Shown here one piece after another: positions 1 through 12,568 of a DNA stretch of 64,000 nt (positions within the stretch are counted from its first letter, which is position 1; each line of letters begins with the position of its first letter). Under the pieces are notes generated by a model. That model saw only the letters and a list, made by a program, of their open reading frames with translations. It had not been told where the DNA came from and did no database searches. Source of the stretch: Parasitella parasitica NRRL 2501 (lineage: Eukaryota > Fungi > Mucoromycota); contig MU619262.1 of NCBI GenBank assembly GCA_025201805.1, forward strand, positions 225,068 through 289,067. The letters run 5' to 3'. A program made the translations under genes and the position numbers.

Positions 1-441
1 GTAATAATTCAGACATATGTGAAAACAACCCGCATCATCGTCCAAACACACACAAATTTCAAAGGAAAGGTGGATCAATCCGTCTATTGGATCATCCATC
101 TAGCGCTTTTATATGTTGATGCAGCGTTTGATTTGTGTATGTGCATGGATGGCGTTTGGTTGACAGTGCACACACCTTCATGACTCGTCAAATAGGGAAA
201 GACAGTTCATCAATAGCGATTGCTTGCACATTTTATCGCGAATCCAATGCTTGCAGAATAAGGCTGGACGCGGCTCGGTTCGAACACTTTGGTGTGTCAC
301 AGGTAAAGTCCTGGTGGTGAACCGGGCAAATGCTGGCTGAACATGATCCCCAAAATAACACTGTGAGGGCTATTCACCAAGAGCCCCCAAAATGTCGAAA
401 AAAGTTTTTTCCTGGTTTTGACACATTAAAGATTTGCAAAA

Positions 442-1335
442 ATGGCTGCTGCTGCTCAATCACCTGAAGTTTATGAAATCAGCAAGACTATCGACTACAG
501 TGTCAAGCACCCTCTTCAAAATATTTGGACATTGTGGTTTGATAGCCTTGAAAAGAAGGCCAACGCTCAATCTTGGGCTGACAGTCTTCAAAAAATCATT
601 GAAATCGACACTGTTGAGGACTTTTGGTGGTAACGACTGAGCGTTCCGTTTGCGTAAAGATCACTAATCTTGCCTTTAAAAGCGCTTTCAATAACGTAGC
701 CAAGATTAACCATCTTCCTCCCAATTCCAATTACCACCTTTTCAAGCAGGGTATTCGTCCTGAATGGGAAGATGAGGCCAATGCTAAGGGTGGCAAGTTT
801 TGTATCAAGCTCCCCAAGAATAAGACAGGTGATGCCATCAACAACTACTGGATGTACCTTGTAAGTGCATCTGTTTGAATTTGATTCCATACACGGCTTG
901 TTCTTACATATGAATTATGCACTCTAGCTTTTGGCCGTCATCGGCGAGCAATTAGCTACAGAACATGAGGTCTGTGGTGCTGTCATCTCTGTCCGCAAGA
1001 CTCTTAATAAAATCGCCTTGTGGGTAAAGACTTGTGATGATGAAAAAAAGATTGAAGAGATCAGGTAAGCAAAGACCGAGTGTGCCCTCCACCTTCTCCT
1101 CCTCCCCTCTCTCTAACAATGTTCAATATCTAGCAACCAGCTTCGAGCGACTCTCAAACTTTCTGAAGATATCCCTATCGAATTCATTGCTCACGACGAA
1201 TCGCCTGCAAAGATCGCTGCTGCTTTAGCAGCTGCTTCTCTTGAGGAGAATGCTGCCGATGATGTTACGAACGAAGCTAGCACTGATGTGGCTGCTCCAT
1301 CCACCAAAGCTGATCCTGCAGAGACGGTAGCTTAA
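442..1335 (+). CDS. eIF4E: Translation initiation factor eIF4E (cap-binding), 4 exons, with an acidic/Ala-rich C-terminal tail
   Basis: Motifs HPLQNIWTLWFD, TVEDFW, YHLFKQGIRPEWEDEANAKGG, VCGAVISVRK and KIALW are joined across GT-AG introns near 629-682, 861-927 and 1065-1133; TAA at 1333-1335. Confidence 0.93.
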
Positions 1336-1751
1336 GTCTTTTTTTCGTTGAACGTAGTTGAAATAAATGTCCAAATCGCTTTGTTAGTGCGGTGTTGACA
1401 AAAGTTGTCTGATGATGAGCTTTTTTTTTTTTTTTTTTGGCCCATCATTTTATAATCATCACTACCATTTATAAGAGACGGGTAGCTGTCTTGCTCGTAT
1501 TTTCCAACTGATTCGCTGCAAGGTATTCTATTTGAGGTGAGAATGTGGAAGCATATCAGTTTCTCAATTGATAAATGTGCTTTCTGCTATAAACAAAGCT
1601 TCGCTGTAATAATATGTTGGCATTCAAAGGCCATTCGAAATATTTGAATTGAATTCCAACAAGCGCCGAACCGTCAAAATAATGGGCGGGCCACACCAAT
1701 TGAAATAGGGAGAGGTAAGAAAAAGAGGTCAATGTAGCATCCGTCAAAGTA

Positions 1752-1922
1752 CTTTCTCTTTTCCGGGTCCTAAAACGTACGTAGATGACTATGGGTCAGG
1801 TGTATCATATAGATAGAGAGGAATATGTACATCGTAGAGATGGATGATAGAATGAATGGATGGATCGATACATCTTTTCGCTCAAGATGAACTGACAGTT
1901 TTTTTTTTTGTTGATATCACAG
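1752..1922 (+). promoter_or_regulatory. Pyrimidine (TOP-like) tract followed by a probable 5'UTR intron of RPS7
   Basis: CTTTCTCTTTTCC at 1752-1764; donor GTACGT at 1777; branch-like ACTGAC, poly-T and CACAG acceptor ending at 1922, 16 nt before the ATG. Confidence 0.55.
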
Positions 1923-1938
1923 TATATACAAGACGATC

Positions 1939-2677
1939 ATGGCTTCGAACAAAATCCAAAAGGCCAACGGTGCCGCTCCTGCTGACGAAACTGAACTCGC
2001 TGTTGCCCAAGCTCTTGTCGACTTGGAATCCAGTGTTCCTGAGCTCCGTGCTCTTTCTATTTCTAGTGCCAAGGAGGTAAACATCTTGTCATGATGTAAA
2101 CCAGACAAATTGAAACTGATTTCCTACTAGGTCGAACTCGGTTCTGGTAAGAAAGCTCTTGTTATCTTTGTTCCCGTCCCTATGCTCAAGAGCTTCAACA
2201 AGATTCAACAAAAGTAAGTCTTGTGTGTCTTATAAATTAATTGAGCGGCATATTGAAGGTATATTAGGCTCACTCGTGAACTCGAAAAGAAGTTTTCTGA
2301 TTGTCATGTTGTCTTTGTTGCCCAACGTCGTATTTTGGCTATTCCAGGTCGTCGTAGCAACAACAAACAACCCCGCCCCAGATCTCGTACTTTGACCGCC
2401 GTTCATGACGCTATTTTGGATGATTTGGTTTACCCTACTGAAATTGTTGGTAAGAGACTCCGTCAAAAGGTTGATGGTTCCAAAACTCTCAAGGTGTAAG
2501 TAGATGTTTTTGACGTAGAGTGGGATTTTTCCTGACATTTCTCATGTTTATAGGTTCCTTGATACTAAGGACGCCACCTCTCTCGAGTACAAGCTCGATA
2601 CCTTCTCTGCTGTCTACAAGAAGCTCACTGGCAAGGACGTTGCCTTTGAGTTCCCTGCTAATGCTGATCTCTTCTAA
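1939..2677 (+). CDS. RPS7: 40S ribosomal protein S7 (eS7), 4 coding exons
   Basis: Spliced translation MASNKIQK...[10 protein letters not shown]...[28 protein letters not shown]...[14 protein letters not shown]. Confidence 0.96.
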
Positions 2678-3296
2678 ATTAGATAGATATACAATCAATC
2701 TTTTTTTTTTTCTTTTTTTTTTGCTCAAGTAAAAAGGNNNNNNNNNNNNNNNNNAAAAAAAAAAAAAAAAAGAGAAAGAGATAAAATGATAGGGTTGGGG
2801 TGTAAGGGTTAGGTTTAGGGTTTATATAATGCCTGAAAGAGTAAATAGGGAGGAAAGTGGGAGATAAAGAAAGTTTATAACATAATCATTGTTATACAAT
2901 CGATGGATTCGTACGCTGTGTAAATAACGTTAGTTGGGCAATTGTGACCAAAACAAAAATGCGTATTTTAGATGTATAAAAATGCAAGGGGAGCAAGGGC
3001 TGTATTTTATCATATCAGAAATCAAAGGAGTATTGTGCCGTGCATATTTGATTTCAAAAATAATACAGTGCATGTTTGATTTCAAAAGAAACAAACGATG
3101 CAGTATGATAATTTAATGTTCTGTAGAACCACATCCAATAAGGGAAACTCGTCTCATGCAGCGTGTTACAGAACACTTGCTTTTTAGCGTCTCCTTTCAT
3201 TGTATGTGTTTATTTCTTTCTTTCTTTCTTTCTTTTTTTCTTTTATCAAGATTTCTTTTTCCTTATCCTTCAGAAAAGTAATCTTAGCAATAACCA

Positions 3297-4025
3297 ATGT
3301 CAAAAGCATCATTTCTTAGAGAGTAAGGATTCTTTTTGCGAACGTTCATAACACTGTGTCTGAGTTTTTCATAATTTCAGGTACAAAATCGTTATTGTAG
3401 GCGGTGGTGGTGTTGGTAAATCTGCCTTGACTATCCAATTCATCCAAGCGCACTTTGTTGATGAATATGATCCAACAATCGAAGGTATGTGGCTATTATA
3501 CGAATGTGACATGCGCAAGCTGCTAATATAAGAGTAGATTCTTACCGTAAACAGTGCGTTATTGACGAGGAAACTGCTTTGTTGGACGTTTTAGATACTG
3601 CAGGCCAAGAGGAGTACAGTGCCATGAGAGAACAGTATATGAGAAATGGCGAAGGCTTTGTTTTGGTCTATTCAATCACATCTCGCCTCTCTTTTGAAGA
3701 AGTGAATACATTTTATCAACAAATTAAACGTGTTAAAGATCGTGATTCCTTCCCTATGGTGTTGGTGGGCAACAAGTGCGATTTAGAAGGTGATCGACAA
3801 GTGTCCAGCCAAGAAGGCAACGATTTAGCCAAAAGTTTTGGGTGTCCTTTCAAGGAAACTTCTGCAAAGCAACGCATCCAAGTTGACGATACTTTTTACG
3901 AGGTTGTACGAGAGATTCGTCGTATTAATAAGGAACAAGAAGGTAGATCAAAAGGCGGCCAAAGAGAAGCTTTTGAAATGTCAGAGAATCGTAATGATGG
4001 CTGTTGTGGTTGTATTTTGATGTAA
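3297..4025 (+). CDS. RAS1: Ras GTPase (Ras1-type), 3 exons
   Basis: [49 protein letters not shown]; C-terminal GCCGCILM (CAAX plus upstream Cys). Confidence 0.96.
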
Positions 4026-4350
4026 CTTTATATTTCTTTTTCTTTTTCTTTATACATATATATATCTTTTACTACTACTATTACCTTTTTTTTTTTTTTC
4101 TTTTTTATTTATACTTCCAACTATTACTCTTATTAACCCTCGCAAATTAATATACTTTGTTGTATGGTATAATGTTATAGCAATGTGCTCCATCTATTTC
4201 TTCCTCCCTTTTTCTTCTCTTCCCCTCTCCCTTCTTGCCTCTCCCTAGTCAACTCCTAAAAAACCACACAAAAACCAAACAGAAAAGAAATCAGAATTGA
4301 CAACAACATTTCCTCTTTGTGACAAGAGAAATAAACACGATTTTCATTTA

Positions 4351-6375
4351 CTATTCCAATGGTCTGTGTCTGATGCTGTTGCGAGGGACAGAGTCAAAAA
4401 TAGTTTCAGCTTCATCTGTAACTGCATTTGCGGTTAAAATGTGAGGAGGGATCATCGATCCAGCTTCATCCTGGTCGTTCTCGTCTTGTGCCAGTTCTAG
4501 TTCAATCTTGTTCTTATTACTGCTTGAATGCTGGGGATTATCATTCATCGTCGTATAGTGAGGGGAAAGAGCAATTTCCATGCTTGATTTCTTTGGATTG
4601 TCTCATGGCGGAAATTTTAGAGATGCCCTTCGGTCTGCTTCTGCATAATCGAATCCTACAAAACAGGGTTTTCGGTCGCTGGCTACAGAATTAGAAGGCG
4701 AGGGATGCTTCTGCACAGACGATTGCATATTTTCCATTTTACTTCGAACGGAGAAAGCAGTATCCTTCAAAGTGATAGGAACAGGCGTTGCCAAGCTACG
4801 ATCTACAGTACATATTTAGGGCCCTATAGGCTGATCAAGTTGTGCCTTATTCTACATACCTTGTTTTTGGTGATACGCGTTTGTCTTTGTGGACTTGTCG
4901 TCCTTTTCTTCTTCAAAGTCAATGCATTTGCGTGAAGGCCTTCTTTTGTTTCGTGGTGTGTTGGATCGCCATCTATCCGGTGCAGCGCTTTGGGAATCTC
5001 CCAGCGCTTGAATGTCTTCATCTAATGGAAAAAAGTCCTCTTTGCTATCATCATCGCCTTCCCACGACGAGGAGGTGTTGGAGCAGGTAGTTGCATCAGC
5101 AGCGGTGTTTGGCTGTGCAAGAGGATATAAATGATGACGATGCTGACAAAGAGGAGCTAAAGGAGGATGTTTACGTTGAAACGGAGACGCCTCGGTTGCA
5201 GGATTGAATTGACGAGCCTTCTTGAGGCTGCTTTCGTCTAAAACATACCTGGATCTTCTGCTGGTACGAGATGGAGCAACAAAACCACCCAATAATCCTC
5301 TTTTAAAAGCTGAATATCGCCTCCTTGCTCTGTTTCTGATTCAAGCAAACAATCCTGCGAGAATGCACATACGATTCGCCTTTCTGCATCTCTATCTCAG
5401 CAGAGTCGAAATCGGTATCACGAATGGTTTGGCGATGATGCGATTAAATAAAATTTGATCGGTGACACCGTTCGTTGTCTTTTGGTAGGTCAGTCAACGT
5501 ACTCGTTATAATCTCTTTGATTCCTGGTCATAGAATGGCACAGTCGTAAGTAGCCCTTTCTCTTTCTCTTTCTGTTTCTGTTTCATTTTCTCTTTCTGTT
5601 TTCGGTAGGCTTTCTTGCTCTTTTCGAAATTCTTGGATTTTCTTTTTAGTGGTTGTCTCTAGATCGACGAGAGATTGCTTTAGCAATTGCTACACTTGAC
5701 CATGTTGAGTTTTTACCTCAGGGCTGCGTGTGCTTTGTTTAAATTTCAAGTTGATTTGCATTACCAGATGTTATGTATTATACTCGTAATCATCTTCATC
5801 TTCATTTTCTGCTGCATGATTCAATAGTGGGTAAATCTGGATTCAAAATGATGTGAAATGTGCTCGAGTAGGCAGCTTTCTTCTGCAGTTCTTTTATGTC
5901 ATTGCCAAACTTGATGAGAAGCGTGTGAGCAGCAATGCGTTGATCATCATGTAATTTTAGTACTTACGAGAGCGCGCCTTTATAAACAATAACTTGATCT
6001 CCAAACTTGCCCAGGATGGAATTATCAAACGGGTAGGTAAATATAGTATTATACCGTTTAACCTAGTAAATATCTCCAGAGGTGTAATTATGACAGCGAA
6101 CAGTTATCAAGCCTTGGGGGGGGGGGTTATCCATAATAATTCTGACACGAATTAAACTTGCATATTCCTACCTGCAGATCCCATGTGCATTTGTAATACA
6201 TACCACTGTAACGCCTCCCATACTCAAGTCAAATTTCAGTCAAGTAATTGGTGACGCTTTTAAATGAGTAAACATGTAATTTCTAGATTTCTCATGACCT
6301 TCTAGATAGTATTTATTGGTCAAATGGAATTTTGACATTGAGGCAGTTACAAGTGTATGTAATGCGGGCTGTCAT
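4351..6375 (-). pseudogene. Degraded multi-exon gene resembling PRAS40/AKT1S1/Lobe-like proteins
   Basis: Colinear fragments CNCLNVKI, YSSTFHIIL, KKIQEFRKEQE, FFPLDED, LATPVPITL, MIPPHIL and EAETIFDSVPR, with intact-looking introns but in-frame stops (6240-6242, 6063-6065, 5528-5530, 5444-5446, 4603-4605) and frameshifts (e.g. ~6326). Confidence 0.65.
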
Positions 6376-7027
6376 TGCTCTATTGTTGGTGATAATGTAA
6401 AGAATGAAGGATTGTCTCTTTGAGAGTATCCAGAAAATGACCTGGATAGACATTTGTTTCAACATGGTCATGTAATAATCGTGCCATACGAGGCAAACCA
6501 CTTGTATAAAAATATCAAGCAACGTCGTTTAATAATATAGTGGCTATACATGTTCTGTGATTTGAAATCTCAGCAGGGTGAAATTCTCAAAAGTTGCATA
6601 AAAGGCAAGGAAATGCTGTGATTTCTCCCAATGCGTCAAAATGTTCATCAGAACAGTCAGTATTCACAAAGCTGTCCACCCGAACATATATTAATGATAT
6701 GAATATGCCTATCGGCTTTTGTATGACCGACTGTCGTTGCCTGTACGGAAATAGGGGCTTTCCTAGCAACATATGACTATTAGATAACGTCTTCACATTG
6801 CTCAAAGCAACCATTAACAGGATTCAAGGCATAGCATCATCACCATCATCACGGAAGCATTGAATCGCCGAATGAGTCGAAATTGGGGATGGGTGCACAC
6901 ACATATTAAGCACTTTTCAGTGAGCCAAGCTCTCTAGTTAATTTCCACGTTTGTTTCTTTTTTTTTTTTTTTTTTTTTTTTTAAATCTATATTACCTTTC
7001 TTCAGCATAATAACAAGGAAATAAAAA

Positions 7028-8620
7028 ATGACAAATCTGCCTGTTGTAGTTATGGATAACGGTACTGGGTAAGACGACTAAACCCAATCTACATAACCAT
7101 GCAAGACGCGTTATTGAAACACACATTTTAGGTACACTAAGCTCGGTTTTAGTGGCAACAATGAGCCTTCCTTTGTTTTTCCAACTGCTATTTCCACTCG
7201 TGAATCGCCTTCAAGCACAGGAAGACCTGGCATCCCCAGTAAGCCTTCCTTTTTGAGCAACAATTTGGCTTCGAAACGTGGTATTGAAGACCTCGACTTT
7301 TATATTGGAGACGAGGCTCTTGCCCAATCCAAGACAATGGCCTTGAACTATCCCATCCGTCATGGCCAAATCAACAATTGGGATCATATGGAAAGATTTT
7401 GGGAACAGTCCATCTTTAAATACTTGCGTTGCGAGCCTGAAGATCACTACTTTCTTATGGTAAAGCCAAAGAATGTTTATAATACCTTGCATACTCATGA
7501 CATTTAGACCGAACCTCCTATGAATACTCCCGAAAATCGTGAAATGACAGCAGAGATTATGTTTGAATCATTCAATGTTCAAGGTCTTTATATCGCTGTT
7601 CAAGCTGTGTTGGCTTTGGCTGCATCTTGGACCTCAAGTAAAGTGAGCGAACAAACATTGACTGGCACAGTTGTCGATTCTGGTGATGGTGTCACTCATG
7701 TTATTCCTGTCGTAAGTAGCTTTGTGGGGTATATTGATTCTAGAGGGGGGGGGGGAGAGGTGACAGACTTATTAATATGACCTTGTAGGCCGAAGGCTAT
7801 GTGATTGCAAGTTCTATCAAGAGTGTGCCTATTGCCGGCAGTGATATTACTTCCTTTGTTCAAAACTTACTGCGTGAACGTGGGGAAACAAACATCCCTC
7901 CTGAGGACTCTTTGCGCATTGCTCAAGCTATCAAGGAAGATTACAGTTATGTTTGCCCTGACATCGTCAAAGAGTTCAAAAAATACGACCAAGAGCCTTC
8001 GAAATATTTCAAAAAGTATGATGGTATCTATTCCTCAACGGGCAAGGTAAAAAAAAAAGAATTTGAAAAGTTGAGCGTAAAAGCAATGCATCTAACCAAA
8101 GAAATAGAGTTATTCCGTTGATATTGGTTTTGAGCGTTTTCTTGCACCAGAAATCTTCTTTAATCCAGAAATTGCGAGTTCAGATTTTTTAACACCTTTA
8201 CCAGAAATCGTTGACACAGTCATTCAAACCAGCCCTATTGATGTTCGTAGAGGATTATATAAAAACATTGTACTATCTGGTGGCTCTACCATGTTTAAAG
8301 GGTTCGACAAGAGACTGCAACGTGATATAAAGCGTACTGTTGATAGACGCATTGAAGCGAGCGAAGTTACCAGCGGTTCAGATATGAAAGCTAAGCCTAT
8401 GGAGGTCAATGTTATCTCCCACAAGAAACAAAGACATGCTGTTTGGTTTGGCGGCAGTCTGTTGGCTTCTACTGTAAGTCGATCAATTTGCAATTGTACA
8501 TGATACTCACACAATGTTACATAGGGTGAATTTTACAACTCTTGTCATACAAAGGCTGAATACGACGAATATGGTCCTAGCATATGCCGTCATAACAGAG
8601 TCTTTAACTCACTTTTGTAA
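7028..8620 (+). CDS. ARP3: Actin-related protein 3 (Arp2/3 complex), multi-exon
   Basis: [67 protein letters not shown]; TAA ends at 8620. Confidence 0.96.
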
Positions 8621-11600
8621 TACACAAGTAAATAAACCTTTTTATTACTTAATACATTTCGATTTATGCCTTTTCCTTCTTGGCTACTTCATTTGCGTGA
8701 GCTTTTTTATTTTTATTTATAAGTTTGCCAGAGGTTGGTGCCAGATAAAAATAAAAAACTAAAAGGCACAGCAGAAAGAGAGAGATGTTTGAAGTTTTGA
8801 TTTTAAGTATGTGAAAACGCTATTAAACATTATAGATTTGCTTTATAAAAGGAACTAATGGCAAAAAGATCCATTTTGACAAAATCAATCTCAAAAAGTT
8901 TTATATTTGAAGTCTATTAACCAGGAACTGCGGACATGTCGACATGAAAATAAAATGCCTGGCAATAATCTGATAGTCAAGAAGCAGAAAAACGTGATAA
9001 GTACAGCATCACTTTTATATACTTTGATTCCAGGCAACTATGGCTTTCTAAAGCTGTCCAAAAACATATCGGAAATAGTATTTCCGCGCTTTGTGGGGAA
9101 CAATTTTGCATGAAGGCCTCATTTTTCGACGGTTTGACACAATAAAATGTTTTTCCTAAAATACTTCACACATTTATTATGTAAAGCCTTCCTACTATGT
9201 TAAGGCATCAAGTGTATTTTTGAATACTATACATGCTGGCGCATTTATGTTGCTTCAAGTGATGTAAAATTCAAAAAAACTGCCTAATAAAAGCTTGATT
9301 TATTGCATTCAGGTAAAAGAGATAACTCTATAAAATCAAATATCTGTAGCTCATTTGAATTTTGTTTTATTTATAACAAAGTAAAATATAGTTTATTCAA
9401 ATCATTAATATAATAACTTTATCTTGATTAAATTAAACTTTATAGGAAAACAGCAGTAAGCATTGCTCGATTAATTGAGGTGGGGTATCAGGCTGTATCT
9501 ACAGAATACCATGGTTACCACTACTATTCAACTTAATTGCCATGGCAACCGTTCCTGACCGGATTTAAGGTTAAATGTCATCGATTATTCTATATAGTAA
9601 ATAGAAGTAATTTTGTATAAATAAACATCTATAATTTAGGTTCTACTGATTCCAAATTGTGAAGCTTAACCTATCGATGAACGCTTTAAATACATATATA
9701 GCAATGAATAGCAAATTAATAGATATACAGATAGGGCTTAATCGGACTACTACTGTGTTATCAACTTGTTTTGCAATTGAATGTCGACATAATCTGATTG
9801 TATTCATAGATTGATACATGTATTAATATAAATACACAGCTGCTCATCTCAATCAATAATATCAACGGTTTCATATCGGATAAATTAATATTCTTTTTTA
9901 CTTTGTTCTTATATCTTTTATCTTATAAAATTCCTGCTGTGTTCACTTTCAAAGAGACCTGGGGCAACAGAACTCCTAATCTACTTATTGGTTTTCTAAA
10001 CCGTTATGATGTGACAAACGGTATGTAAAAGGATGGCGAAATTAACCAAGCTTTAAAAAACAAAAAAAAAAAAACGAATTTAAACACAGAGTATATCACG
10101 TGGTTTTTATTTCAAACTCCGGCACGAAAAACGCGATAGTATTTTTGCAGATAACTTTTGATAGAGACATTGCCCAGTGGAAATCAAGTTATGCTCAGAT
10201 AGCGATGATTATGCCTATTTTTATGAAGCATAAAACAGGGTTTATGTTGCTCTTTATAGTAGCCTATCAGCGTTTATATACGATTTTGGGATGGTTTCTG
10301 CAGATAACTTTCTAGATTTCAATAAAAGCATCATACAAATGTTTTCGCCAGATAGCGCCAAGTCAACACTAAGTTTTCCAAGTTAGATCTCGATTCTACG
10401 GTCATTTTAGCACAAGTTATGAGCAAATATCTGATATTTATGATAAATTTTGATGGATTATTGTTAAAAGTCTACAGTAAAGGTTGTATTTTAAAAATAA
10501 CTATCAAACTGCTTCTCAAACCATAGTAGCCTTGCAATAAGTGCAAGATCAACAACAACATCAATATAACTCTCATTCAATGAGTACGTTATGTATCATT
10601 CATGGTAATCCTTTCTTTTATTTGAATACTCGAATTTACGTGTCTAAAAATTGTAAATAGTGATTTATACTCCATAATCTTGAAGACAACAATTCTTGTA
10701 CAGTTAATATTTTAACTTTTTCAACATAAATTTGATAATATCATGTAACGGGATATCAGCTAAAGGCTTTTCAATTTAATGAAAGCTTTTGACTATAGAA
10801 TCCAAAGTTTCCGCACAAAAGTCTTTCTGTAGGGGCTGCAGGATATAGAATCACAGGCTTCCGCGCTGTGCCGAAATGACAGAACTTCCCACGAAAAGTA
10901 ATTGAATGTCATCTCTTACGGAACCACCTTAAAGATTCCAGATCAAGTTAACAAACAAATTACTTGAATATCTAATTGTGAAACCACAAAGCATTTGTAT
11001 AATCAATTAAGACCAACAAAAAGAAATCGAAGCACAAACCACATTGGAACACATAGACCAATGTGAGGACTGGTCCATGCATACCATTTACAAATGTGCC
11101 AGAAATATCGATATTAAAATACCGTACCTGATTATGTAAAATTAAATACAGACAAACTTCAACTTGGTCCAACTGCCAGTTACGACATAACTGGCAGACA
11201 AACTGTTTGCAACAACGAATATAAATAGAGTAGAAATGTCTGGCCATTGCACGTTATTCTATTTCCAAAATAAAGAAGGAGTTAAATTGCTTCTATTATT
11301 GTTTTTAAACGTTTTACTACACACGCTAAGGCCTTTTTGTAGGGACTCGATGATGGTGTATAGCAGGATAAATTTAAGTAGGGAAGCACTACGTGAGGAC
11401 GACTTTTCAACGCTTGACAAATTGTGTTATAATGCTTGGTATACGTTTAATTTCAAGTTTTTAGACGAGGTACTATAAGGGAAATTGTCGAAAAAGAAAA
11501 AAGTGAACAAAAAAGCGAGTTAATGGTATAGAAAGTATTTCTTTATTTGCAAATGTTGATTTCTACTTGAGTAGAGACTAAAAAAACAACTATAACACGA

Positions 11601-12568
11601 GAAATAGCTCATAAAAACATGGGTTTAGCATTTTCCTTAAATTTTTATATATTCCATCATTGAATCTTACTCTCATTGTTTGCTGCACAGAGAAAGTAAT
11701 AAAAGTACGAATATGCGAATTTGAAAGCGGCTATAGGTAGTGGTTCACTATTTTATTTTGTGCATTTTTGTATTGCCATTTGTTGTACATAATGATTTTG
11801 ATTTTACCAAGTATCAAGGACGATGCAGCAAAATCTCTCTCTGGCAATAAAATAATTCAAATGGTTGTTTAGCGTATGTCTAGATTATGTTCATCAGATA
11901 GCGCTGTATAAAAATGGCCACCGAGTTTTACTTTCGTGCATAAATTGTCGGATGGATCATCATCCGAAAATTATGACACAATCCCATGCAGGAATTTGCA
12001 ATCCCATTTTTTTTTATTTGAATACAATATGTATGGCGCACACAGTAAAAGTGACCATAATGTGATCTATTTATTTCATTCATCCTAACCTTATTGTAAA
12101 CACTTGATGAAAAGAGGAAAAAAAATTAGTGTGAGGTCATTTTAACTTTGTAATTTCCTGCAGATATTTCCCAAAAATAGGTTATAACATCCCAGAGGCG
12201 CATGTTCCAAGTTAATTTTGACGGCTCACAAAGTTTGGTCCTTGTAAGCTTGATCTGTTTCAATACCAATCAGGATTATTGGGTGATATGAAATAGGATG
12301 AGAAAGGTTCGGATATTTTTTTGGATGAAGCCAGATGGTATTGATTCAAATCACTTGTTTATCATAAAGTATTATCATTTTTCTTTAGCTTAAAGAAGTC
12401 TAACTTGTGTAATAACGTCACATATTGAGATTCCCAAATCTATAGAAAAGAAGAAGGTGGGAAAACTTCTACGCTTCTTTTCTTCCTCTTAATTTTCTTT
12501 TTCTTTTCTCTCTTATTTTTTTTTTTCTTGCAAATAAACAAATATATGCGATTTGAATAAATATAAAT

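Noticed and set aside
1409-1420. CTGATGA (hammerhead core or C-box-like) in the eIF4E 3' region
   Set aside because: No GAAA partner, flanking stems or matching D box were found.
2738-2754. N runs (also 18721-18730 and 41178-41187)
   Set aside because: Assembly gaps next to A/T homopolymers; they fall in intergenic or intronic DNA and are not biological features.
4603-4605. In-frame TGA linking two ORFs as possible selenocysteine or readthrough
   Set aside because: The same locus has TAG/TAA stops and frameshifts, the context is not a redox motif, and no SECIS-like hairpin was recognised; pseudogene decay is the simpler explanation.
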